Source: Cetorhinus maximus (Eukaryota). From it: a stretch of 64,000 bases of DNA. Below are positions 27,030-40,088 of the stretch, piece by piece. The stretch's first letter is position 1; the number at the start of each line of letters is the position of its first letter. Below the pieces are notes generated by a model. It ran no database searches. It was not told the origin of the DNA and saw nothing but the letters and a program-made list of their open reading frames with translations. Both the position numbers and the translations under genes were made by a program. Location of the stretch: assembly GCF_964194155.1 (NCBI RefSeq), contig NC_135898.1, positions 34,162,001 through 34,226,000 of the forward strand. Direction: 5' to 3'.

Positions 27030-27220
27030 ACAAAGGACCATAGGCTTCTCTCTCAACTGGAGAGAGACAATTAGTTATATAGCTTGAGGGGCAACCATTC
27101 CACATCAAGCATTAAGCAAGCCAAGGAAAAGGCTTCCATAGCCAGTACAGGGATTGAACCTGTGCTGTTGGCATCATTCTGCACCACATTCTAGCCCATC
27201 TTGCCAACTGACCCATGGGT
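27030..27220 (-). mobile_element. tRNA-derived SINE (different family)
   Basis: Reverse complement has a B-box GGTTCAATCCC and an upstream A-box-like sequence; no proper cloverleaf. Confidence 0.45.
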
Positions 27221-27759
27221 GGCCTTTGACATAACAGAAGCTTTGAAAATTTGTAGGGAACAAGTCTTGTTTTTTAAAAACACAGTTTTCATCTTGCAGC
27301 ACCAGGAGAATCCATTCAGTCTGCTCTGCCATTTTGCCAAAGGTGGCAGCTCTCCACTCTTCCTTGATACTCCCCCTTCCTAGTACTGATCTCCCTTGTC
27401 AAGTCTCAATTCTATCTTCCAAAGCACAACACTTCTCATACAACTCTGTAGAGGCACATTTTTTGTGGATTGACTTGTAACTAGTTTAGTTCTAATTTTA
27501 ACATTACATCCCCTTGTTCTATGAGGGTAGGAGTTATTATCTCACTTTAACCCATCAGATCCTAAACCTAGTATTGTGCACAAATTAAATATAGTCTTTC
27601 CTAAACAAAAGAGTTTTTCATACATGTACAGCAATGCTGAAGCGAGTAATCAAAGTACCCCAAACCAAAAATAAAGTTAGAACATGTGCAGGATGATAGA
27701 TGCATTTATGCAACTACAATACATAAGGAGTACTACAGTGACACCATTTTAACAACATG

Positions 27760-28390
27760 CAGTCCAGCCATGTAAATATGGTGGCTACAAGAGCAGGTCA
27801 AAGGGTGGGAATTGAGGTGAGTAACTCACTTCGCAACTCCCCAAAGCCTGTCCACCATCTACAAAGCACAAGTCAGGGGTGTGATGGAAGATTCTCCACT
27901 TGCCTGGATGAGTGCAGCTCCAACTACACTCAAGAAGCTCGACACCATCCAGGACAAAGCAGCCCGCTTGGTCAGCACCCCACCCACCATAAACATTCAC
28001 TCCCTCAATGCACAGTATTAATTGTGTACCGCCTACTAGATGCACTGCAGCAGTTTGCCAAGTGTCCTTCAACAGCACCTTCTAAACCTGCAACCTTTGC
28101 CACCTAAAACAAGAGATACATGGGAACACCACCACCTGAAACATTTTCACCCCACACCCCTGCAAGCCACACACCATTCTGACTTGGAAATACATCGCCG
28201 CTCCTTCACCATCGCTGGGTCAAAATCCTGGAACTCCCTCCCTAACAGCACCTTGGGTGTACCTACACCACATGCACTGCAACAGTTCAAGAAGGCAGCT
28301 CACCACTACCTTCTCAAGGGCAATTAGGGATATGCAATAAATGATGGTTTTTCCAGCAACACTCACATCCCATGAAGGAATAAAAGAAAA
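27760..28390 (+). mobile_element. 5'-truncated second copy of the 701-3826 LINE family
   Basis: Colinear with 3225-3826 (HVNMVATRAGQR, SKSWNSLPNS, HHYLLKGN*, CACATCCCATGAAGGAATAAAA). Confidence 0.9.
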
Positions 28391-28934
28391 TTTGCATATT
28401 ATTTAACCTCTGCCACCATTGTGCCTAATTTTGCAGTTTCTCTCTTCCAAAGTTTGCAATGAATTTATCAAACACAGCACAGTCGGGCAACTGCTCTGTT
28501 TCCATTCAGCAGCTGCAAGTGTCATCCTGACCTGATTGACTGCGAAGAATATTAGCTTGTACTACGTAATGCTCCAGATCATCCAATTTACCTTCAGACC
28601 TGTACTTCCACATCTCACTTTGCTTTCTGACCAAAGCTCACCACAGCCTCTGCTGCCTGCGATGTGCCTTTCTCCCCCTCCCTGGCTTCCATGGTGAAGT
28701 CCAGTATTTTCTGTGTTCTACGGGTAACCAAAGCATAGCACAAAAACTGACCAAAAACTCACTCACTATTCTCCACCTTATCATTAACAAACTCATATCA
28801 ACATTATAATACATATGAATAGGTACTAGGATTACATGATCAACTATGTCTACTAATTTAACAGCCAAAAACACAATTAGCCACGTGGCAAGCGGACAAT
28901 TTACTGAACAATAGTTTAAAAACAACAGCTGTAC

Positions 28935-31900
28935 AAAAGAAAGTAACTAGGAGCAGGAGTGGCAATTCAGCCCCTCAAGTCTACCCCGCCATTCAATACT
29001 ATCATGGCTGATCTCATTTCGGCCTCAACTCCAATTTCCCACCTTCTCCCCATAACCTTTCAATCCGTTACTAATTAAAAATCTGTCTATCTCCTCCTCA
29101 AATTTATTCAGCGTCCCGGCATCCGCTGCACTCTGAGGTAGTGAATTCCACAGATTCATGACCCTTTGAGAAAAGTAATTCCTCCTCATCTCTGATTTCA
29201 ATCTACCACCCCTTAGCTTAAAACTATGGCCTCTCATACTAGAATGCCCCACAAGGGGAAATATCCGCTTCACATCTACTTTGTATATCCCCTTTAGCAT
29301 CTTATATACCTCAATTAGATCTCCTCTCATTCTTCTAAACTCTAGCGAATATAGGCCTAAACTGCTCAATCTCTCCTCATAAGACAAGCCCCGCATCTCT
29401 GGAATCAATCAATCTAGTGAACCTCCTCCGAGCCACCTCCAATGCAACTACATCCTTCCTCAAGTAAGGGGACCAAAACTGTGCACAGTACTCCAGGTGC
29501 GGTCTCACCAATGCCTTGTACAGTTGCAACAACACTTCCCTATTTTTATACTCTATTCCTTTAGCAATAAATGCCAAAATTCCATTTGCCTTCCTTATTA
29601 CCTGCTGTACCTGCATACTAGCTTTCAGCGATTCATGCACGAGGACACCCAGATCCCTCTGCACTGAAGCATTCTGAAATTTCTATCCATATAAAAAATA
29701 AGTCGCCTTTTTATTCTTCTGACCAAAACGGATAACCTCACACTTATCAACGTTAAACTCCATCTGCCAAATTTTGGCCCATTCACCTAACTTGTCCATA
29801 TCCATTTGTAAATTTCTTATTTCTTCATTGCAACTTACCTTCCCACCTATTTTGGTGTCATCTGCAAATTTAGCTATAGTGCCTTCTATCCCTGAATCCA
29901 AGTCATTAATATAGATTGTAAATAGTTGGGGCCCAAGGACCAAACCCTGCGGCACCCCAATAGTTACAGCTTTCCATCCAGAAAAAGACCCATTTATCCC
30001 GATTCTGTTTTCTGTTCGTTTGCCAATCCTCTATCCAAGCTAATAAATTACCTCTAACTCCGTGTGATCTTATCTTGTGTATTAATCTTTTGTGCGGCAC
30101 CTTATCAAAGACCTTCCGGAAGTCCAGATATACTACATCTACAGGATCCCCATTATCCACTTTGCTTGTCACATCTTCAAAGAACTCTAGCAAATTAGTC
30201 AAACACGATTTACTTTTCATAAAACAATGCTGACTCTGATGGATTTCATTTTGACTTTCCAAAGGTCCCATTACTACTTCCTTAATAATGGATTCCAACA
30301 ATTTCCCAATGACAGACGTTAAACTAACTGGTCTATAGTTTCCTACTTTCTACCTCCCTCCCTTTTTGAATAAGGGCATTATATTAGCATTTTTACAATC
30401 CACTGGAACCTTTCCAGCATCCAGGGAATTTTGGAATATTATAGCCAATGCATCCACTATCTCTGCTGTCACTTCCTTGAAGACCCTGGGATGTAGGCTA
30501 TCAGGTCCTGGGGACTTGTCACCCTTTAATCCCAATAGTTTGCTCAGTACTTTTTCTCTGGCGATGGTAGTTGTTCTAAGTTCCTCCTTCTCTATACCCT
30601 CTGCACTACCTGTTATATTGGGGTGGTACTCGTGTCCTCCATCGTGAAAACTGTGGCAAAATATTGATTGCGTCTCTGCCATTTCAGCATTCCCCATTAT
30701 TAACTCCCCAGTCTCATCCTCCATGGGACCAACATTTACTTTAGCTACTCTCTTTCCTTTTATATACTTGTAGAAGCTTTTCCTATCAGTTTTTATATTT
30801 TGCGCTAGTTTTCTTTCATAATTTACCTTTACTCTTTTTATTATTTTTTTAGTAACCCTTTGCTGATCTTTAAAAGTCTCCCAATCTTCCAGCCTGCCAC
30901 TGACCTTTGCAATTTGGTATGCCTTAGTTTTTGCCTTTATGTTATCTTTAACTTCCTTGCTTAGCCATGGATGCTTTTTCCCCCTCTTACCAGCTTTCTT
31001 CCTTTTTGGAATATATTTTACTTGGGAGGAATTGAATATCTCTTTAAATATCTGCCACTGTTCATCAACTGTCCTATCTTGTAGTCTTCCTGCCCAATCC
31101 ACTAGGGCCAAATCTACCCTCATGCCTATGTAGTTACCTTTGTTTAACTCCAGAACACTAGTGTGGGACTCATGTTTCTCGCTCTCAAACTGAACTTGAA
31201 ATTCTAGCATGCTATGATCACTCTTCCCTGGACTATGAGATCATTAATTAATCCCATCTCATTACACAAAACCAAATCCAGAATAGCCTGCTCCCTGGTT
31301 GGTTCCACAACATATTGCTCCAAGAAACAACCTCTAATACACTCTATGAACTCTCCCTCGAGGCTACCCTTGCCAATTTGATTAGCCGAGTCTATATGCA
31401 TATTAAAATTACCCATGATTATTGCCGTGCTTTTCTTACATGCTCCCAGTATTTCCTGTGCTCAACTGCTGACCTACTGTTTGGGGACCTATAGATTACT
31501 CCCACCAGGAACTTCTTTCCCTTGCTATTTCTTATTTCTATGCAGACTGACTCTACGTCTTGCTCTCCAGTGCCTATATCATTCCTCACTATAGCACTGA
31601 TCTCTTCCTTTACTAACAAAGCTACACCACCTTCTTTTCCTTCCTGCCTATACTTCTGAAACACTACCCTTGGATATTCAACTCCCAAATCTGTTCTCCC
31701 TGTAACCACGTCTCAGTAATCACCACCAAATCATACCTATTTAGCTCTATTTACGCTGTTAACTCATTAGTTTTATTCTGAATGCTATGCGCATTCAGAT
31801 ACAAAGCCTTGAAGTTTGCCCTTTTGTCAATTTTCCCTACTCTTATATGATTCTTTGGTGCAATATGGCGTTCACACACTCTGTCCCTTCCTTTGACTTT

Positions 31901-32366
31901 TTGGTAGCAATCAGCCTCATCACTAACCTGCACTCTTCGCCTCTCCTTAAGCCTTGATTTTTTACATTTCAATGCAACTGAACCCTTCCCCGCCCCCTCA
32001 CTATTTAGTTTAAAGCTCTATCTACAACCCTAGTTATGCGATTCACCATGACACTGGTCCCAGCATGATTCAAGTGGAGCCCATCCAAATGGAATAGCTC
32101 CCTCTTTCGCCAGTACTGGTGCCAATGTCCCATGAATTCGAACCCATTTCTCCCACACCAATCTTTGAGCCACTCATTTACCTCTTTAATCTTATTGACT
32201 CTGTGCCAATTAGCTCGTGGCTCAGGTAGTAATCCGAAGCTTACTACCTTTTTGGTTCTGCTTTTTAATTTAGCCCCTAGCTGCTCGTATTCCCTCAGCA
32301 GAACCTCTTTCCTCATTCTATCTATATCATTGGTACCTACATGGGCCACGACAACTGGCTCTTCCC
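28935..32366 (-). mobile_element. CR1 LINE with nearly complete ORF2 (APE+RT) and the 3' part of ORF1; frameshifted
   Basis: KALYLNAHSIQNK, GVIYRSPN, PTREQAILDLVL, KSPGPDSLHPRV, YLDFRKVFDKVPH, PQGLVLGP, KFADDTK, VRPHLEYCAQFWSP, and the CR1 tail at about 28940-29050. Confidence 0.95.
32005..32366 (-). pseudogene. CR1 ORF1 SGNH-esterase domain fragment
   Basis: HVGTNDI (block III) and DGLHLN..G (block V) motifs, typical of the esterase domain in CR1 ORF1. Confidence 0.85.
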
Positions 32367-34759
32367 AAGGAGAGACAAATATCTATTCCTGACTTACTTA
32401 ATTGTAGGTATTTTCGCATTATGTACATAACATATCCCCTCTCATCTAAACATAAACACCATTTTCTCTAACTGAACTATACTGGACTTCAAAGTAAAAA
32501 CACACCATTTGTCAACACACTGGTGAAAAGCAGACATTACTTTTATGGCAAGAAAAAGAGACATTGGGCGATTTATTTATGACTCGATATATGCCCATCT
32601 GCTTCTATTCCAAAAATTACAACATGCAGGAATAATTCACACACAGACTGGATTCCTCATTCCCAGCAAATAATTCCGTTTAAGCTATTCAGGCATACCT
32701 TCAACATTATTCCATATTTAAGCCTTCACAATTATTTTCAAGCTTTGGTAGAAGCAACAGCATTTAGAAATGCTTGTTCCACAAAGCAATACAATGTTTG
32801 CTACGACCTCAAGAATTGCATATCTCAAATGGCTTTAAAAACTTATAAGTACTCAGTTCAAACCTTGCCAATATGTGGACATGAGAGCATACATCTTGTG
32901 TGCAGACTAATGGCAGCTTGCCCAGAAGAACCAGATGGGAACAAAGCCAGGCTTTCACTCGTGCTTCGGCTAAAACTTAAGTCTTCCATAATGTAAGACT
33001 TACATATGAAAGTTAGCACAGTGCTCGCACACAACAAACCCTTGACACGTCATTTTTTTTCCCAACCAGCTACTGGACTCAGCCAGAAGATTTTGTATTA
33101 TTGCCACAGTTATAACGATAAACTTGGATACAACCACATCTGTTACCCAAAATGTGCTAATAATAGTGCAAGTTTGAATGAACAAAGTGCTCTGTACATT
33201 TCTACAACAGAGAAGACCTTACTCCCTTGTTTATGGAAAAATTCTCTTGCAAATCATATATAATAAATACCTGTCACGTCCAGATTATTGGGTATTTTAA
33301 TTGACTCCAAATTCAGACATTAACATGAGTTGGTAAAAAATCTGCATCAATATAAACAGAGTTGCAACATGGTTAACAGTTTATTTTCTGTACAAGTCAG
33401 CATCTTATAACATCAGGCTTTCCTGCTATGCGTATTAGAGAATCACAGTTCCTGTTTCAACTGAAGGACTAAAAAAAAATGGAAATCCATACATTTATTC
33501 CCATGCAAAAGGGCAATATTTGGAATAGACAAACAGCAAGAATAATTCAACAAGAAACTGGAGCAGGTTCAATCGTTCCCATCAGTTAACAGAAGTCAGT
33601 GTTAATGGGCAGGTACAATCAACAGCACTGGCCTGAAAAATGTCACTGTTACTCTACTTTGAATAGTTTCAAAAATTGTTGTGGCAGTATATTTAAAGTA
33701 ACCTGAAAATTTACAGATTATGAAAGTCAAATTGAACTCTCTCTCACATAAAAAATTGCATATCTATCCATCAGCAGGAGAAGCTTAGTCCATTCCAACT
33801 ATCTACTTAAAAACTGAGTTTTTAAGTTATTTGCTTCAGTTGCAGCCACTTTTGTAGCCAGGTGTAGTTATAAATGATTTTTCACAGGAGTAGAGAAATC
33901 CGCAAATAAAAGGAAAGCTCATTTTGCCCGACTAATTACCATGGACTCGCCTTAAATGCAAAACTCCTTGTTAGAACATGCATGGCATGAACAAGTATTT
34001 AAAGTCAACCAACAACAACAAAAATCATGGGTGGGTTTCAATTAAGAGAACTTGACCAGCCTGATAAGTTACTTCAAAAGTAGGCTGATTTAGATTCAGC
34101 ATGACATGCACAAGGGAAGGACACACATCTATCTGATCACAAAGCCCCCTGAATGAAACCTCTTCACTTACAGGGAAAGAACATGAACACAACCTGTCCA
34201 AAACTCCCTCTCCCCACTCCTTGTTGCTCTAGTTAAGCAGAGACAGCACACAGACCGCTTTGCTAAAAATTCTTGGCTGAAATCCTAACAGATAACACAG
34301 CAAACAGGAGACAAGTAGGATCCAACACCTCAAAGAGGAAACATAGGATTTCCTGATTTTAATCGAGAAATTTTAATGCTGTAATCTCATTTTACAGCTC
34401 TAATTTGTACATTGGACTTAATATCAAGTAAACCAGTAATCCCAAATAATCAAACAATAAGTCTTTATACATCATTGCACAGCAATCCAGTTTGCTGATA
34501 AAATTAACCCTTGAAGGGCTAGTCACATTGCTACTAGTGAATTAAGTAAACTCGTTACTTTAGCAGGGATTGAACTACATTTCTGGATTAGTAAAAAATT
34601 GGCCATTTGGGAATAATGAAAGGAGTGAGTCACTACTACCATCATGTTTCATCTGGGTGTGGGATGGGAGGAGGAGGGAATAAAAGAGAACACAGTTCTT
34701 CCAATTGTTGGAATGTGCATATGAACAGCAGGCGAGGATGGGATCAGACACAACTAAGA

Positions 34760-34974
34760 TGACAAAGCAAATATCATGGATGTTAAAAACACAAAATGCT
34801 GGAAATGCTCAGCAGGTCTGGCAGCATCTCCAGAGAGAAAGAAAATCATAGTTAATGCTTCCGATCTGTGACCTTTCATCAGCACTGGTTGAACCCAAAA
34901 TGTTAACTCTCTCTCTCTCCACAGGTGCTGCTAGTTGTGCCAAGTATTTTCAGCATTTTCTGATTTAAGTTTTG
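34760..34974. mobile_element. Head-to-head inverted pair of the Penelope-type hammerhead repeat
   Basis: A minus copy (CTGATGA core at 34882-34876, then AAGGTCACAGATC) abuts a plus copy (AAAATGTTAACTCTCTC..CACAGGTGCTGC). Flanked by ACTAAGA at 34753-34759 and 34975-34981. Confidence 0.7.
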
Positions 34975-35044
34975 ACTAAGAGACCCTCTTCCTCTAATAT
35001 GGAGACGATATCAACCTAACTTGTAAAAAAAATCTTCATGCCAT

Positions 35045-35821
35045 TGTTATGACACAGCAGTTGGTAAAAGCTGAGTTGCTTAAGTCCAAGAGGGAAACTT
35101 GAACAACTGTCATAACATATATTTTCAAGTGGTTTGTTTGAGATGTAGCTCTGAATTCAGGAATAAAACCACCAAGTCTTGAGGTTTTTTTAATATAAAA
35201 CTAAATTAAACATAAATGAATTTAACAATAAATTAAACACATTCACATCTACAAATTACTACAATAACTTTTAAACAAATCCCTAAATTAATCACTCGCA
35301 AGTAAATCTTCACCAAGGCAACAATAACCCATATACTTTAAACAGAAAGCAGGCAAAACACATTTGACCTTACAAATTCAAAATGAGGTTCCTTGAAATT
35401 TGGTTCCTCTGCAGACAGTTGTAGGCTTACAGGCTGGTTAGCTCTTAAATGACCCTGGACTGACACACACAAAGTCCTTTCTGTTTATACCTTTGAATGT
35501 AAATTTTCCATTGTATTACTAGGTTTTTTAAATCTTACCTCTCCTGTCAATAATCCTTTAATTCCACCAATTTTATTAGTAATATAAACACATTGCTTGG
35601 TATCTCCCAGCTAGGTGCAAGATTTCACCCATTCTTTTGAATGCAAATTTACACTTGATCTTTTAATGTCCTTATGTTTACCTAGTTAACATCTCAAAAA
35701 TACTATACATCAAAGTACCCAGACTAGCTGGCTTTAATCCAATTAAGCCACACAGACACAGACTCTACTTCAAGTCCAATTTAAAAATAATTTCCAATAA
35801 CATTAATATCTCTTCATGACA
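35045..35821. mobile_element. Solo LTR, 777 bp
   Basis: TGTTATGA...TCATGACA inverted termini with a perfect 5-bp TSD GCCAT (35040-35044 and 35822-35826). Confidence 0.85.
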
Positions 35822-37007
35822 GCCATGCTTTTAATTTCCCTCTTTAAAATTATACAATCATGATATGTGGTGATGTATCAAATGGGAGGATGCAGGTAGG
35901 CACTTGCAAAAATCCTCAAAGCAAGTTCCTGCTTTTCGTTTTCGCATGAGTAGCAGAAAGCACAAGTATCTTCAAGCATCTCTTCAAGAGACAGACAAGA
36001 GCAAGAAGAATAAAAACTACAAAGCAGTTTTTCTGATTTTGTTTCAAAGAACTTAAATATGCAGCCAGATCCGAATCTTTTTAAACACCACGGCTGGAAG
36101 TCCCACACGACTGCGCTGGTTTTTGCAGCATAATTCCTGATATCGGCACATAAAGGTTCCTGAATTTTAAGTCGAATATGTGTTCAGTGAAACTCAAGTG
36201 CCTGCGATACTTTGCACTGGATTTAAAAATATTAGAAGCCAGCCCTGCCTGCAAAACATGGCCACAACCCCCAGGGTGCCTAGAATTGGACACAATGCTC
36301 CAGCTGGGGCCTAACCGGTGTTTTAAAGGGTTTAGCAATAACTGCCTTGCTTTTATACTCTATTCTTCATTTAATAAAGCCAAGGGTGAAGTAACTACCA
36401 TTGTGGAGTTTCCGCTAATTGTAATCACTTGCAGGCTTCCGACAAGTCGCTAAAAATTAAGCTGGATCTTTTGGATGCAACGACACCGACAGGTAGGTTT
36501 TGAATGATTTTTTTTAAAAATTGCTGAAAGAACTGACTATTGCACCCCACTTTAACTAGAGAATAGCTCTGGATATTTTTAAACGTCTGTCAGTAATTTA
36601 AAATAGGGTTACACACAGGTGGTGGAGTGACAGATTTAAAATATTTGTGGTAAATCCATTTTCAACTACAATAGTCCAATTTTACAAAGGCAATGCTCTT
36701 AAATGTAAAAAAAATTTTAAAAGCAAAATTTTTCAAACAAAAGGAGTGCTTTAAAACATTCCGCTGGTCCAGGGTAAATTTTACATTTGCTGATATGAGA
36801 AATGAGTTTAAGCCAAACATCCGGGGAAATAAACACTCAGCAAAATGGCACAATTTGTGCCAGAATCACTAATTCCACCCTCACATTGCAGCATTGTAAT
36901 TAACGACAGTGAGACAGAAGCAATTCTGCTTTCAACTGCAATGTCATAGAAATTTTGTACCTCGATTAGGTTTCAGCCATGACTCCAATTAGCTAGAAAA
37001 TCATTGC

Positions 37008-37472
37008 AGGTACTGTAGCACAGTGGTTACATTACAGGACTAGTATTTCAGAGATGTGGGCTAAATGATTCAGAGATGTGGGTTAAATAATTCAGAGATG
37101 TGGGCTAAATGATTCAGAAGCACGAGTTCAATTCTAACTACAATATCAGAGGAATTTAAATGCAATTCATCAATTATATCTGAATAATAAAAGCTGGTAT
37201 CAATAATGGTGACCATGAAACTACCGGATTATTGTATAAACCTATCTGACTTATACATGTCCTTTAGGGAAGCAAATCTGCCAACCTGGTCTGACCTAAA
37301 CATGACTCCAGACCCATAACATGGTTGAGGTTAACTGCCCTCTGAAGTGGCCAATAAGGCACAATTGTATTCAAGGCAGCAGCTCACCACCGCTTTCTCA
37401 AGGGCAATCAGGAACGGGTAGAAAAAAGCTCGTCTTGACAGCAATGCTCACATCTATGAATGAATTTAAAAA
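37008..37472 (+). mobile_element. tRNA-headed SINE sharing both the 5' region and the 3' tail of the 701-3826 LINE
   Basis: A-box TAGCACAGTGG (37016-37026) and B-box-like GAGTTCAATTCT (37124-37135). 37261-37310 matches 861-909, and 37370-37470 matches 3738-3826. Confidence 0.8.
37047..37118 (+). repeat. 22-bp tandem repeat, about 3.3 copies (TTCAGAGATGTGGGCTAAATGA)
   Basis: Units start at 37047, 37069 and 37091, with a partial unit at 37113. Confidence 0.9.
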
Positions 37473-38009
37473 ATGATAATTGCACGGTTGCTTATATAAA
37501 TGCAAAAGGTCTGCAATGGCTTTTTGATTTCATAACATAAGTGGCTGCAATTTTGTAGTATCTCATATTATTCAAGATGCTTCTTATAATACACAAATTT
37601 GAATGATTATACAGACTACAATAATCTAATGAAATATGCAACACATTTACGTGATAATAGTAATACTAACGAGCTACCTGAATCCAAAAGGTAGAAAAAC
37701 AAATCCCAACTCTGTTATTTTAAAAAGTGGCGCTTTAGGCTTTAAATAACGTTCATCAACTTCTCAGCCACTTGCATGCATCATATCCTTGACACAGAAA
37801 TAGCTAATTTATTATGTTTTAAATAGATGTTTTGCAAGGTGGCCGAGAAGATGGATGAATTAGTTAGTTTGTGGCTTCATTCAAAATTCTAACAAGAGAC
37901 CTCCCTCCTCTCATTCCTTCCTGACTGCTGGTTATTTTATAAAACATTTCCTATTCAGACTAGTTTCTTTTCCCTTCCTCTCCTGAATTTGTCTAGTACA
38001 GCATGCTAG

Positions 38010-39195
38010 GTACATAGGAAATAGGGGTAGCCATTCGGCCAAAGAGTCTGCTCCACTCTTCAATGAGGTCATGCTGATCACCTGCTTTACCTCCACCTTC
38101 CTGCACTAGCCCACATCCCTTGATTCTGAGTGACTGTCAAATTATGATTTACTACACCCCTGTGAAGCACCTTGGGATGTTTTATCATGTTAAAGGAGCT
38201 ATACATATGCAAGCTGTTGCATCTAAAAATGTTGATCTAACTTGAATATACTCAACGTCTTAGCAACCACAACTCTCCAGTTCACAATTCTTTGACTGAA
38301 GGAATTTCATCTCATCTCAGTCCTAAATAGCCTATATTTCAGCACCAACAGGAATATCCTCCCAGTATACAAGTCCCTTAAGAATTTCATACTTTTCAAT
38401 CAGATCACTCAATCTCTCTGCAAAGGACAACACTCTCTCCCCAAGAATCAATATGGTGAATCTGCATTGCATTCCCTACCCTTGGCAAAGCTGTACAAGG
38501 TATGGTCTCACCAAGGCCCTTATAATTGCACCAAGACTTCATCACACTCATGCACCTAACCCCATTGGCATAAAGGCTAACATATCTTTTGCTTTTCTAA
38601 TTGCCACTGTCCCTGCATGTTAGCCTTGTGATTTGCATACAAGGATACCCACATCCCTCTGAATATCAATATTCCAAAAATATTCTGCTTTTCTATTTTT
38701 CCCTACCTTTGGGTTACCACATTTCTCTACATTGTACTCCATCTACCATTTTCTTGCCCTCTCACTTAACTGATTTACATCCTTTTGCAGTCTGGGTTCT
38801 CCTCACAGCTTACTTTTCCACCGAGCTTTGTACTGTCAGCAAACTTGGATACGTTATACTCAGTCTCCTCATTTACTCAGTCTCTTCATCTAAGTTATTG
38901 ATACAGATGTTATGTAGCTCAAGCCCGAGCACTGATCCTTGCAGAACCCCATTGGTTACAGCCTGCCAACCCAGAAATGATCTGTTTATTTCTGTTTTCT
39001 GTCAGTTATCCAATCCTCAATCCATGCTGATATTTTTTTCCTAATCCCATAAACACTGTCTAACAATCTCATGTGCTTCACCTTTCCAAATGCTTTCTGA
39101 AAATGCAAGTACACTATATCCACTTGTTCCCCTTAATCTAACCTGCCAGTTACATGGCAAAAATCTCAGATTTGTCAAACATGATCTTTTCTTAA
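38010..39195 (-). mobile_element. Old CR1 3' half
   Basis: CR1 tail at 38010-38130, GGTCTCACCAAGGCCCT (ALVRP), AGCACTGATCCTTGCAGAACCCC (GVLQGSVL). It contains a short L2/SINE tail at about 38150-38220. Confidence 0.75.
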
Positions 39196-39991
39196 ATGCA
39201 TGACATTTCCAAGTTTCACAGGTATCACTAGGCTTTCCTAACTGGATCCAATACTCTGTTCACTTGCTATCTATACATTCCAACAAAAGTCAGAGAACAA
39301 TAATAAGCAAATAATCTAAGGTTATTTCTTGTACTTTGTACTATGCCGACAGAACAAATGCAGCTGACTGCACAGATCAGGAATCAAACTAAGGAATTTC
39401 TGTTCTGTATGATTCACTGTGGTAACTGAATCGACTTGATATTGATCAAAAGGTATTCAAGTCAGGTGAGGTGTCAATCTGTTATGAAGAATAGGTGTAT
39501 GAAAACATTGGTTCTGTCATCCAGTATTACTTCAGGGCTGAAAACCTGTTTGGTAATATTGCTACCATTTTTATGGAGTGGTTTTGATAAGTTCTTTCTT
39601 GTTCCATTATTTCCTGCAGGAGCTAATTATGCAGTAATATGGACATTTTTTTCAATAAAAGCATCAAACCTAATAGTTTTTCCTTGCAAGCCAAATCATT
39701 GGTGTCAGTGTAAGTTTAGACACCTCATCCTTCTTCCTTATGTTGTAAAATAGCATACAGGAATATTTCAAATGCTGGCATTAACTTTTAAATATTCCAC
39801 CTCTGGTTTCAGCTGCCCCAGTCCCTCAAAAAAAAGTTACAATAAAGCAGATTGCGTTTTAAGTGTGTCCCACCATCTCAGTGGAAGTTCAGAATATTTC
39901 CAACTTCCATAGCTCTAACTTCAAAACATCTCAGTGACTTTTCAGATTCTGGTTTCTACTGCTGTGGCAATTAGACTGGAACATCCTCAGA

Positions 39992-40088
39992 TCTGTTGAA
40001 GGGTCATGAGGACTCGAAACGTCAGCTCTTTTCTTCTCCACCGATGCTGCCAGACCTGCTGAGTTTTTCCAGGTAATTCTGTTTTTGT
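39992..40088 (+). mobile_element. ~100-nt hammerhead-motif retro-insertion (Penelope-type), copy 1
   Basis: CTGTTGA-A-GGGTC-ATGAG-GACTC-GAAAC-GTC, then a tail. Flanked by CTCAGATCT at 39986-39994 (overlapping the element start) and 40089-40097. Confidence 0.75.

Noticed and set aside
26835-27056. 73-aa ORF as a standalone gene
   Set aside because: Only 26862-26934 is exon; the rest is intron read-through.
37047-37118. CRISPR-like array
   Set aside because: The units are contiguous with no spacers, the context is eukaryotic, and there are no cas genes.
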